From: Planctomycetota bacterium
GTDB taxonomy: Bacteria > Planctomycetota > UBA1135 > UBA2386
Direction: 5' to 3'
DNA length: 64,000 bases
NCBI GenBank assembly: GCA_965223545.1
Contig: OZ245006.1
Coordinates: forward strand, 4,096,001-4,160,000
Each line of letters starts with the position of its first letter. The stretch's first letter is position 1. The notes below the pieces were generated by a model. The model saw nothing but the letters and a program-made list of their open reading frames with translations, had not been told where the DNA came from and did no database searches. Of this stretch, positions 29,626-38,517 are shown in pieces. Position numbers and translations under genes: made by a program.

Positions 29626-29801
29626 CGCCGCGGAGTGTTGCGCTCACACAACACGCCCTAGCAGATTCGACGGGATGTCGATCTGCGGCAACATCTAAAC
29701 GGCTGGCCGGCGGGATCCGGGGCCAGCCGCTGCATGCACGCACGCCCGACTGGCACGCTGCCATCGGCAGTTGCGGAGTTTTCGTCGGGATTTGGTGCAA
29801 T

Positions 29802-29816
29802 CGGCACGTGGCGTGC
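29802..29816 (+). promoter_or_regulatory. Candidate sigma54 (-24/-12) promoter
   Basis: CGGCACG-TGGC-GTGC, GG-N10-GC spacing, 40 bp before ATG 29857. Confidence 0.5.
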
Positions 29817-29856
29817 GACCCGTCCTGGCGTTCGCCGCTCCCGCAGAAAGAACCGC

Positions 29857-30285
29857 ATGGACACTCACCACCACAACGCGCACGACGACGACTCCAAAAG
29901 CTTGAGCTCTGCCGAGTATCGCGCCAGGCTGCTCACCAAGCTGAACTGTCTGATCGCAGTGCTCGAGGTGGCGATTGCCAAGATCTCCCGCAGCATGGAT
30001 CTTCCCGGTGCCAACGAAGAGCGCTTGCTCAAGATTCAGAGCAATCTGAAGAACACTCTGAGCATCTGCAATCGCGCCAAGCAGACGCTGGAGAACTCGA
30101 TGGACGACGAGGCTCCCGCAGCCCGGCTTCCCGCGCCGGCTCGCCGCAGGATGACCTATCGCGACTACGTCGAGCTCAGCAGCATCGACGAATACAACAA
30201 GTTCAAGAAGCTGCCGCCGATTTCGACAGCTGACATCGGTAGTACCGATCTCGACGAGCTGATCTCCCGCCTGGCCGGCGGTTGA
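29857..30285 (+). CDS. Hypothetical 142-aa helical protein
   Basis: Protein-like composition, own promoter candidate and terminator; no family recognised. Confidence 0.75.
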   Translation: MDTHHHNAHDDDSKSLSSAEYRARLLTKLNCLIAVLEVAIAKISRSMDLPGANEERLLKIQSNLKNTLSICNRAKQTLENSMDDEAPAARLPAPARRRMTYRDYVELSSIDEYNKFKKLPPISTADIGSTDLDELISRLAGG

Positions 30286-30326
30286 GTCGCTCCGTCGACC
30301 TGACGCATTTCTGTCTCCCGCAGTTG

Positions 30327-30365
30327 GAAGAGCGGTCGGCTTGGTCCGGCCGCTCTTCTTTTTTT
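30327..30365 (+). terminator. Rho-independent terminator
   Basis: GAAGAGCGGTCGG/CCGGCCGCTCTTC stem followed by T7. Confidence 0.85.
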
Positions 30366-30435
30366 GGCTGGCCCACCCGCGGAGGGCCACAAGTCCTTGA
30401 CTTGCGCCGGTTCGGATGCCGATCCACCCGAGTGG

Positions 30436-31803
30436 ATGACTGCGGTACTGGACAAGAGTCGGACTCAGCTGGCGACGGTGCTGGTCGTCGACGACGACCC
30501 CTGGGTCCACCGGTTCTTCGAAGAGAAGCTCGGCGACGCGCAGTACGAGGTGCACGAGGCGACTTCGGTCGCCGGTGCCCTCGAAGCCGCGACGGACAAC
30601 GAGTTCGACATCATTCTCTTGGACGTCGGCTTGCCCGATCAGTCCGGGCTCGAGGCTCTGCGCCGCTTGAAAGCGCGTGGACTGTCGGCGGGTGTGGTGA
30701 TGATGTCGGGGGATGGCCAAGCCCAGCTCATCGTCGAGGCGATGCGGTTGGGGGCGCTGGACTTCCTCACCAAACCGCTGGACCCTGAAAAGGTGCTGGC
30801 CACGGTGGGATTGGCGGCGCGCGCCGGCCGACTCGAGCGCGAGAACCGGCGGCTGACCAACAAGCTGCGGGAGCTGTCCGCCGGCACCGAGATGGTCGGC
30901 TGCAGCCCGGCCGCCCGCCGGTTGGCGACGGTGATCCGCCGCGTGGCGGAGAGCGACGCGACCGTGCTGATCGAGGGCAAGCCCGGCTCCGGCAAGACCA
31001 CCGCGGCAGAGCTGGTGCACCACAGCGGTCGGCGTTCCTCGCGGCCGTTGATCAGCGTCACCGCGGACACCACCACTGCCGAAGCGCTCGAGCAGCAGCT
31101 CGACGACGCCAATCGCAGCACGCTGGTGCTGGAAGACATCGACCTGATGCCGGCGGCGGCGCAGTCGCGCCTCGTGCGCTACCTGAAAGAGCGTTCCAAC
31201 CGCAACGTCGCGGCCGATCGGCCGGACGTCCGGATCATCGCGACCACGTCGGCGCGCCTGCCGGAGCAGGTCGCGCGCGGCAAGTTCCGCGAGGACCTCT
31301 ACTACCGCCTCAACGTGTTCCCGGTGGTGGTGCCTTCGCTGCAGGAGCGCAAGGACGACATCGCCCTCCTGGCGACGCACTTCCTGCGCATCGCCGCCGA
31401 AGCAGACGGCCAGACGCACAAGGGCTTCACCGCCTCGGCGATGATCCTGCTCGAGAGCCACCCGTGGCCGGGCAACGTCGCGCAGCTGCAGAACGCGGTC
31501 GTGCGGGCGCACGCTCTCGCCGCTGGCAAGCCGCTGGACTCGACCCACTTGCTCGGACCATCGACCGGCATCACCGTCGATGACGTGCAGACGACGGTCG
31601 CGCCGCTGCGCCCGCGCGAGGACGACGAAGAGGAGGAGGTCCGCGAAGAGGACATCCTGCCGCTCGACGCCGAGGAGAAGCGGCTGTTGGCGCGCGCGCT
31701 GCGCGCCACCAAGGGCAACGTGCGCCGCGCGGCGCAGCTGCTGCGGATCGGCCGCGCGACTCTGTATCGCAAGATCCAGATCTACAAGCTGCGGCTGCAC
31801 TGA
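30436..31803 (+). CDS. Atypical NtrC-family response regulator (REC, degenerate AAA+, Fis HTH)
   Basis: REC VVDDD/LLDV/LTKP; FREDLYYRL; WPGNV; Fis HTH; GAFTGA loop absent. Confidence 0.88.
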   Translation: MTAVLDKSRTQLATVLVVDDDPWVHRFFEEKLGDAQYEVHEATSVAGALEAATDNEFDIILLDVGLPDQSGLEALRRLKARGLSAGVVMMSGDGQAQLIVEAMRLGALDFLTKPLDPEKVLATVGLAARAGRLERENRRLTNKLRELSAGTEMVGCSPAARRLATVIRRVAESDATVLIEGKPGSGKTTAAELVHHSGRRSSRPLISVTADTTTAEALEQQLDDANRSTLVLEDIDLMPAAAQSRLVRYLKERSNRNVAADRPDVRIIATTSARLPEQVARGKFREDLYYRLNVFPVVVPSLQERKDDIALLATHFLRIAAEADGQTHKGFTASAMILLESHPWPGNVAQLQNAVVRAHALAAGKPLDSTHLLGPSTGITVDDVQTTVAPLRPREDDEEEEVREEDILPLDAEEKRLLARALRATKGNVRRAAQLLRIGRATLYRKIQIYKLRLH

Positions 31804-31851
31804 CGCAGGCTGGTGGGTCGCGAAGCGCGCGGCTGGCTTCGAGCGCTGACG

Positions 31852-32673
31852 TCAGGCAAGATCGGCCATCAAGCTGTGCAGCGACTCCGGGGTTTCGTAG
31901 TGCCGCGCCAACAGAGCCGGCGCCAAGAACTCGAGGCTCTCGCGCAAGCGGCCCTCACCCACGGCCGCGCGCCAAGCAGCCAAGCGCTCCGTCGTTGCGC
32001 GGCCGGCAATCGGCCCCGTCGGCTCGCTGAACGCCGTGCGTTGCCTCATCTGTTCGCGGCAGAACTTCTCGACTTCCGGCGCTAGTGGAATCTCGAGCCA
32101 CTCGAAAATCGCGCGCGCTTGCCCGAGGTCGTCGCCGACCAGGTCCTCGTGCCGCAGTTCGAGATACTGCCGGTTCCCGACCGCTGTCCCGAAGTCGGCA
32201 GCCGTCTGTACGTGTCCGACCGCGATCGAATGCGCTTGCTCGGGCGTCGCCCACGGCCGCCCGCCCGCGTCGTGGCGTTTCTGCAGCAACGACGCCACAA
32301 CCGCCCTCGGGTCGCGCACGATGTGGATATAGCGAGACGCCGGAAAGAACTCGTGGATTCGTGTCAGCGTCTCCGGATGCGCCGCGTAGCGCGGGTTCTT
32401 GTCGCCCCAGTAGCAGGCTTCGGAGTCCAGTGATCGATAGAACTTGCGGATTTGGTCGGGGAGTTCGCGACGCAGGAACGCGACGAACTCGGCGCGGTGC
32501 TGTGACACGACACTGTCGTCGGACGCGAGATCGAAGGAACGCCGCATCCAGTTCAGGATCCTGGATTCACGCGTCAGAACGATCCGGGGGTGGGCGTTGA
32601 CGAGCGCGCGGAGATAGGTCGTGCCGGAACGCGGCGCGCCGAGAATCAAGATGGGGTCTGGGCTCGAGAACAT
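31852..32673 (-). CDS. Sulfotransferase family protein
   Basis: 5'-PSB GAPRSGTT; WGDKNP; IHIVRDPRAVVAS. Confidence 0.88.
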   Translation of the reverse strand: MFSSPDPILILGAPRSGTTYLRALVNAHPRIVLTRESRILNWMRRSFDLASDDSVVSQHRAEFVAFLRRELPDQIRKFYRSLDSEACYWGDKNPRYAAHPETLTRIHEFFPASRYIHIVRDPRAVVASLLQKRHDAGGRPWATPEQAHSIAVGHVQTAADFGTAVGNRQYLELRHEDLVGDDLGQARAIFEWLEIPLAPEVEKFCREQMRQRTAFSEPTGPIAGRATTERLAAWRAAVGEGRLRESLEFLAPALLARHYETPESLHSLMADLA

Positions 32674-32925
32674 CTCCACCTTCGGCTGTCGGGTGCGACC
32701 GATCCGTGCCCGTGCCCGGCATGGGCCTGGTGCAGACAGCGAACCAGCACCTCGACGATATCCGCTCGCCGTTGGTGGCGACCTCCCGGTCACGCTGACG
32801 CTCGCTCTCGCGGTAAGCTGGCGGGCGGACCGGGACCTGGACCGGATCCCGTCCAGCTGCTGACCAGGCGAGCGATCGGCGCGAAGGCTGGCTGCAATGC
32901 CCCGCTCGGCAGTGCCTACGGCTCC

Positions 32926-33573
32926 ATGGCGATCGACATCCTCTACCACGACGAGCACCTGCTGGTGGCCGACAAGCCGACCGCCGTCCTCGTCGTGCCG
33001 GCGCCGGGGCGGCGTGGCGAGACCGTGCTGGCGCGGCTGGGCAAACAAGTGGGCGCTCGACTGCACGCCGTGCATCGTCTCGACGAGGACACCACGGGTG
33101 TGCTCGTCGTGGCGCGGACGACCGCCGCGAAGGCGGCACTCGAGCCCTTGTTCCGCCGCCATCAGGTCGAGCGGATCTATCTCGCGCTGGTGCGGCGCGC
33201 GCCGCAGCCGCCGGCGGGCCGGATCGAGTCGCGGTTGCGCGAGGATGCGCGCGGCGTGGTGCGCTCGGTGGCGCGTGGGGGTGAGCGGGCGGTCACCCAC
33301 TACGAGACGTTGGCCAAGAGGCTGGGCGCGGCGCTGGTGCGCTGCCGGCTGGAGACCGGGCGGCGCAATCAGATCCGCGCCCATCTGGCAGAGCTGGGCA
33401 GTCCTATCTTGGGAGACCGCAAGTACGGCGATCGGGGAGCGGCCTCGCGGCCGCTGCTGCACGCGCAGCGGATCGAGTTCCGCCACCCGCTGGCCGAGCG
33501 CCAGGTGTGCGTCGAGGCCGCACCGCCGGCGGCGTTCCGCGAGGCAGCGCAGGGCCTCCTCGAAGCGCCGTAG
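32926..33573 (+). CDS. RluA family pseudouridine synthase
   Basis: VHRLDEDTTG, LETGRRNQIR.H, ILGDRKYG. Confidence 0.92.
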   Translation: MAIDILYHDEHLLVADKPTAVLVVPAPGRRGETVLARLGKQVGARLHAVHRLDEDTTGVLVVARTTAAKAALEPLFRRHQVERIYLALVRRAPQPPAGRIESRLREDARGVVRSVARGGERAVTHYETLAKRLGAALVRCRLETGRRNQIRAHLAELGSPILGDRKYGDRGAASRPLLHAQRIEFRHPLAERQVCVEAAPPAAFREAAQGLLEAP

Positions 33574-33629
33574 AGCAGGGTTCACGGCGGTTTCCGGGGC
33601 GTGCTGTCAGTATCCTTTCGCGGTCCCCG

Positions 33630-34799
33630 TTGCCCCACGCCGTCGTCAGCTCCCTCCCGACGCTGCCCAAAGCGGCGGCGTCCGAAGCCGCCCAACCAGT
33701 GCTGGCGCGCCTGTCGTACGTGCTGGCGTGGGGCTTCTTGCTGTTCGCGCTCCTCTTGTTCTGCAGCGGCGGCTGGCAGGCCTTCGCCACCGATCCAGCG
33801 CCGCGCCACGCGATCGTCGCCGGCGTGCTGTTCTTGCTGGCGGGTGAGCTGGCGCGGCGGCACCACACGGGTCTGGCGGCGGCTTGTATCGGCGCCGGGC
33901 TGGCCTCGGCAGTGCTCGGCTTCGCGGTGCGGCCCGTGCCACTTGGCGTCAGCTTGGTCGCCTGCGGTGCCGGCGCGATCTTGGCGCGCGGTGCCTGGGG
34001 TGAGCGCGAGCTGCGGCGGCGGCTGAACGCCACCGAGGAGTCGGCAGCCGAGCTGCGCGGCCTCCTCGAGCACGCATTGCGCGTGGGCACGGCGGGCGAC
34101 TTGGCGGCGCTGGTCGCCCACCAAGTGCGCAATCAGCTGCAGCTGATCGACGGCGAAGCGGTGCTCGCCCAGCTGGATGGTGCCGAGGGGCTGGCGCCGC
34201 GGTTGCGCTGCATCCGCGAGGCGACGGCGAAGTCGGCCGACCTGATGACGCAGTTGCTGACGCTCGCGCACCCCGGCCGCGGCGAGGTCCGCCACGTCGA
34301 TCTGTCCGGGCAGGTGGTGGAGCTGGCCGAGCGCTTGCGTGGGTTGTTGCCACAATCGATCGGCCTGGCCGTCGAGCCGGCGATCGAACGGGTGACCGTC
34401 GCCCTCGACCCGCGCGATCTCGAGCACGCGGTCCTCAACCTCGTCATCAATGCCAAGCACGCGATGCCGGACGGCGGCGAGCTGGTGCTGACCGTCCGGG
34501 TCGGCGAGGAGCACGTGGCGCTCACCGTGCGGGACACCGGGTGCGGGATCCCGCCGGCGATGCTGGAGCACGTGTGCAAGCCCTACGTGACGACCAAGCC
34601 GCGCGGGGAGGGCACCGGTTTGGGGCTCGCCGCGGTGCGTCGCTTCGTCGAGGAGGCCGGCGGAACCCTGCGGGTGCAGAGTGCGCTCGGCGAGGGGAGC
34701 GCGTTCGAGATGCGGTTTCCGATCGCGCGCGCGGACGGTGAGCGCGATGCCGGCGCGGCGGTGCGCGGTCGCACCGCGCGGCAGCCGACCGGCACGTAG
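33630..34799 (+). CDS. Membrane sensor histidine kinase
   Basis: N-terminal TMs; H-box AHQVRN; N-box NLVINA; G1 DTGCGI; G2 GTGLGL; start uncertain. Confidence 0.88.
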   Translation: MPHAVVSSLPTLPKAAASEAAQPVLARLSYVLAWGFLLFALLLFCSGGWQAFATDPAPRHAIVAGVLFLLAGELARRHHTGLAAACIGAGLASAVLGFAVRPVPLGVSLVACGAGAILARGAWGERELRRRLNATEESAAELRGLLEHALRVGTAGDLAALVAHQVRNQLQLIDGEAVLAQLDGAEGLAPRLRCIREATAKSADLMTQLLTLAHPGRGEVRHVDLSGQVVELAERLRGLLPQSIGLAVEPAIERVTVALDPRDLEHAVLNLVINAKHAMPDGGELVLTVRVGEEHVALTVRDTGCGIPPAMLEHVCKPYVTTKPRGEGTGLGLAAVRRFVEEAGGTLRVQSALGEGSAFEMRFPIARADGERDAGAAVRGRTARQPTGT

Positions 34800-34804
34800 C
34801 CGCC

Positions 34805-35131
34805 CTACGGCGACGCCAGCGACACCGCGCGGCCGAGCCGCTCCGACAGCACGCCCGCCAGCACCTGCTCGAGCGGACCGCGCCCCTTGGTGTCGACCCA
34901 CCGTTCGCCGTCGTGCTCGAAGTGCCACGCGGTGGCGCCGGCGGCCAACCAGATCTGATGCGCCGCGGTCTGCCGGTTCATGATGCACTTGCCGCCGTCG
35001 GCGAACTCCATCGTCAGCACGCCCATGGCGAGGTCGACGTCCACCTCGTCGGGATCAAATTGTTCGAGCTGCGTGAGCACGGACTCCATGAAGCGGTCCG
35101 CGTCGCGCTGGAATTCGAGGTCGGTGCGCAT
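34805..35131 (-). CDS. cyaY: Frataxin-like iron donor CyaY
   Basis: GVLTMEF, IMNRQ...QIWLA, HF...W; acidic N-terminal helix. Confidence 0.9.
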   Translation of the reverse strand: MRTDLEFQRDADRFMESVLTQLEQFDPDEVDVDLAMGVLTMEFADGGKCIMNRQTAAHQIWLAAGATAWHFEHDGERWVDTKGRGPLEQVLAGVLSERLGRAVSLASP

Positions 35132-35146
35132 CGATAGGCCGGCCAC

Positions 35147-35187
35147 AAAAAAAGAGTGGCCGAAGATCGCGAGGATCTTCGGCCACT
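35147..35187 (-). terminator. Rho-independent terminator just upstream of cyaY
   Basis: Perfect 14-bp stem AGTGGCCGAAGATC/GATCTTCGGCCACT plus U7 on minus strand. Confidence 0.85.
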
Positions 35188-35192
35188 ACTTA

Positions 35193-35305
35193 GTTCCCGG
35201 CCAGTATTGCCCTCTCGAATTCACCGTGGGCCTCCCTGCCGGGGTCCGCGGTGAACGCGGCCGGGAACGCTCGTCCCATGCACCCATGTAGACGTTCGAG
35301 AGAGC
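35193..35305. ncRNA. Candidate structured RNA of unknown family
   Basis: 10-bp stem 35193-35202/35259-35268 enclosing hairpin 35220-35255; extra 11-bp pairing 35209-35219/35295-35305. Confidence 0.45.
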
Positions 35306-35345
35306 GTTTCTTTCCCGATTGAGTTCAGGTTTTTTGCAGATCGGG

Positions 35346-36368
35346 CTAAAGGCCCGTTTTGGTGACGGCTCGCTGCAGCCACTCGTCGAGCAGATCGGCG
35401 ACCGTGACGCCGTCGGCGTCGGCCTCGAAGGACAGCACGACACGGTGGCGAAGTGCTGCCAGCATGGGGGCTTGCAAGTCCTCGAGCGAGACGCTGGCGC
35501 GCTGGTCGAGGAGGGCGCGCACCTTGGCGGCCAAAATGATCGCCTGGCCGGCCCGGGGACTTGCTCCATAGCGGACCAGCCGTTTGGTGCGCGCGTCCGC
35601 GGGGGCCCGCTCGGGGTCGGTGGCCGCCAGCAGCTCGGCGACCAGCCGCACCAACGGCTCGGCGCACAACACCTGGCGCGCGAGGGCGCGCAGCTCGAGC
35701 AGCTCGTCGCCGGCGAGCACCCGGCGCAGCACCGGTGGTTCGTCGCTGGTGGTGTCGTCGAGGATCCTGACCACGTCGTCCAGGGCGGGAGTGCGCACCA
35801 CCAGCTTGAACATGAATCGGTCGAGCTGGGCCTCGGGTAGCGGAAACGTGCCCTCGAGCTCGATCGGGTTCTGCGTGGCGATCACCACGAACGGCGACGG
35901 CAGCGCGTGGGTCGCGGTGCCGACCGTCACCGCGTGCTCCTGCATGGCCTGCAGCAGCGCGGACTGCGTCTTCGGCGTGGCCCGGTTGATCTCGTCGGCG
36001 AGCACCAAGTTGGCGAACAGTGGTCCCGGCTGGAAGCGGAACTGGCGGCCGTGCTCGGCCTCCTCCAGGATCATCGTGCCGGTGACGTCGGCGGGCATCA
36101 GGTCGGGGGTGAACTGCACCCGCGAGTACTCGAGTCCGAGACAGCTGGCCAACGAGCGCGCCAGCAGGGTCTTGCCCAGACCTGGCAGCCCCTCCAGCAA
36201 GACGTGGCCGCCGGCGACCAGCGCGATCAGCAAGTCGTCGATCAGCGCATCCTGGCCGTGGACCACGCGCTGGATCTCGGCGCGCAGCACGCGCACGCGG
36301 TCGGTGAGCGCCGCGACGCGGTCGCGCAGCGCGGCGCCGGGGTCGGTGGCGGATCGAGAGTCGGCCAT
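35346..36368 (-). CDS. moxR: MoxR family AAA+ ATPase
   Basis: GHVLLEGLPGLGKT, QFTPDLMPADVTG, LADEINRATPKTQSALL, LPEAQLDRF. Confidence 0.93.
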   Translation of the reverse strand: MADSRSATDPGAALRDRVAALTDRVRVLRAEIQRVVHGQDALIDDLLIALVAGGHVLLEGLPGLGKTLLARSLASCLGLEYSRVQFTPDLMPADVTGTMILEEAEHGRQFRFQPGPLFANLVLADEINRATPKTQSALLQAMQEHAVTVGTATHALPSPFVVIATQNPIELEGTFPLPEAQLDRFMFKLVVRTPALDDVVRILDDTTSDEPPVLRRVLAGDELLELRALARQVLCAEPLVRLVAELLAATDPERAPADARTKRLVRYGASPRAGQAIILAAKVRALLDQRASVSLEDLQAPMLAALRHRVVLSFEADADGVTVADLLDEWLQRAVTKTGL

Positions 36369-36419
36369 GCGCGCGATTGTAGGTGCGCGGCCGCGCAGGG
36401 CGTTGGTTAGACTCCGTTC

Positions 36420-37568
36420 GTGCCGTCGTCGAAGTGGCTTGCAGTGATGGTGTTGGCGATGACGCTCGCCGGTTGCGGCGGCATTTCGCCGCGACCCGCC
36501 GTGCTGGCGGCCCGCGAGCCCACCGCCGTGACCCTGGACGAGGACCAGCAGCGCCGACTGGCGGCGCACGTGCAGCAGGCCCTGACCCACGTCGGCGCCG
36601 AGGAGTGGCAGCTGGCTCGGCGCGCCGCGCGCGCGGCGCTCGCCCTCGACCCGCGTTGTGCCCGGGCGCACGCCGTGCTCGGTCGCTGCCGGATGGCGGC
36701 GGCGATGGCGATCGACCCGCCCGACCTGCCGACCTGGCGGCAGGCCGAGGGCGACCTCGCGCTGGCCGCGCGCCTCGCGCCGACCGATGCCGAGATCGCG
36801 CTGTTGCACGCCGACCTGCTCACCGCCGACGGCCACTGGAGCGCGGCGCGCACCGCGCTCACCGGTGCCCTCGCCGCGCAGCCCGATCATCTCGAGCTGC
36901 TGCGCAGGGCCGGCCGGTTGAGCTACGAGCTCGGCGACGAGCGGGGCGCGGTGCCGCTGCTCGAGCGGTTGGTCGACCGGCAGCCGGCGGCGGAAGAGCG
37001 CTTCATGCTGGCGCGGTGTCGGTTGCAGATCGCCGAGACCGCGGTGCGCGAGGGCGTCGCCGCCGGCGAGCGCGACCCGCTGGTGCGCGCCGCGATCGCC
37101 GAGTTCGCGCGCTATCGCGACGCCGTGCCGCAGGATGCCGAGGGTCACGCCGGCGAGGCCTTCGCCCGGCTGCTCGCGCTGCGCGCCGGCGGCGGCGGCG
37201 GCCCGGCGGCCGAAGCGGCCGAGGCGGCCGCGCTCGACGCGATCGACGCCCTGCTGGCGACCGCGTCGCGGCTGGACCCCGGCGCCCCACAGCACTGGTT
37301 CAACCGCGGCGTGGTCGCCGAGATGCGCGGCGACCCCGACACCGCGCGCAGCCGGTTCAGTCGCGCTCTCGAGAGCAACCCGCGCTACCTGCCGGCGCTC
37401 CTCAACCTGGCGGCCAGCCTCGCCGCCGACGGCCGCGGCGACGAAGCGGTCGCCTACGTCCGCCGCGCGCTGGACCTGCAGCCCACCGATGACGAGCGCC
37501 GGCGGCTGCTCGAGTTTCTCGACCGCCAAGAGGGCGACTCCACCGACTCAGCGGGGCTACGGCCGTAA
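36420..37568 (+). CDS. TPR-repeat lipoprotein
   Basis: Lipobox LAGC; multiple TPR helices (ALALDP, WFNRG, ALESNP). Confidence 0.8.
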   Translation: MPSSKWLAVMVLAMTLAGCGGISPRPAVLAAREPTAVTLDEDQQRRLAAHVQQALTHVGAEEWQLARRAARAALALDPRCARAHAVLGRCRMAAAMAIDPPDLPTWRQAEGDLALAARLAPTDAEIALLHADLLTADGHWSAARTALTGALAAQPDHLELLRRAGRLSYELGDERGAVPLLERLVDRQPAAEERFMLARCRLQIAETAVREGVAAGERDPLVRAAIAEFARYRDAVPQDAEGHAGEAFARLLALRAGGGGGPAAEAAEAAALDAIDALLATASRLDPGAPQHWFNRGVVAEMRGDPDTARSRFSRALESNPRYLPALLNLAASLAADGRGDEAVAYVRRALDLQPTDDERRRLLEFLDRQEGDSTDSAGLRP

Positions 37569-37718
37569 CCAAACTCGGATGCCGCTCTTGCCGGAGCGGT
37601 ATCGAAGTCCTGACGACGACCGGCCTTCGGAAAGGTTGTCGCCGCGCGAAGATTCTCGGCCCCGGACGCTCAGCGCGCTAGGGTTTCTGCCCCGCCCAAC
37701 GACTCCTTCGAGGCACTC

Positions 37719-38492
37719 ATGGCACTACTGGAAGGCAAGATCGCCGTCGTGTTCGGCGTCGCCAACAAGCGTTCGATCGCCTGGGGCATCACCAAGGCGC
37801 TCGCCGATCACGGGGCCAAACTGGCGCTCAACTACCAGAACGACCGTATGCGGCCGGCGGTGGAGAAGCTGGCCGAAGAGCTGGATCAGGAGCCCTACCT
37901 GGCGGAGTGCGACGTCACCGATGGCCGGCAGATCGAGACGTTCTTCGGGGGGGTCGGTGCCGAGCTGGGGGGTGTGGACGCGCTGGTGCACTGCATCGCG
38001 TTCGCCAAGCGCGAGGAGCTCGGCGGCCACTTCGTCGAAACCAGCCTCGACGGCTATCAGCTGGCGCAACACGTGTCGGCCTACTCCCTGGTCGAGCTCG
38101 CCCGTCACGCGGCGCCACTGATGGACGGCCGTGACGGCGCGGTGGTGTCGCTGTCGTACTACGGCGCCGAAAAGGTGGTGCCCAACTACAACGTCATGGG
38201 CGTGGCCAAGGCGGCGCTCGAGGCGTCGACGCGCTACCTGGCCGCCGACCTCGGGCCGCGCGGCATCCGCGTCAACGCCATCTCCGCGGGCCCGATCAAG
38301 ACCCTGTCGGCGATGGGCGTGAGTGACTTCGGCTCGCTGCTCGAGAGCATCGCGCAGAAGTCGCCGCTGCGGCGCAACGTCTCGCAGGACGACGTCGGTC
38401 AGACCGCGGTGTTCTTGCTGTCGGACATGGCCCGGGGCATCACCGGCCAGACGGTCTACGTCGACGCCGGCTACTCGATCATGGGCGCCTGA
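37719..38492 (+). CDS. fabI: Enoyl-ACP reductase FabI
   Basis: GVANKRSIAWGI, YNVMGVAKAALE, ISAGPIKTL. Confidence 0.95.
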   Translation: MALLEGKIAVVFGVANKRSIAWGITKALADHGAKLALNYQNDRMRPAVEKLAEELDQEPYLAECDVTDGRQIETFFGGVGAELGGVDALVHCIAFAKREELGGHFVETSLDGYQLAQHVSAYSLVELARHAAPLMDGRDGAVVSLSYYGAEKVVPNYNVMGVAKAALEASTRYLAADLGPRGIRVNAISAGPIKTLSAMGVSDFGSLLESIAQKSPLRRNVSQDDVGQTAVFLLSDMARGITGQTVYVDAGYSIMGA

Positions 38493-38517
38493 GGTCGGTC
38501 CTCCGCGCGGAGCCGGC

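Noticed and set aside
29751..29766. Second sigma54 site TGGCACG
   Set aside because: No GC at the required -12 position (reads CATC)
35193..35305. Known riboswitch (TPP, FMN, SAM, cobalamin, glycine, fluoride), tmRNA, RNase P or 6S RNA
   Set aside because: No diagnostic consensus motifs recognised by eye, and too short for 6S or RNase P; kept only as an unknown RNA candidate
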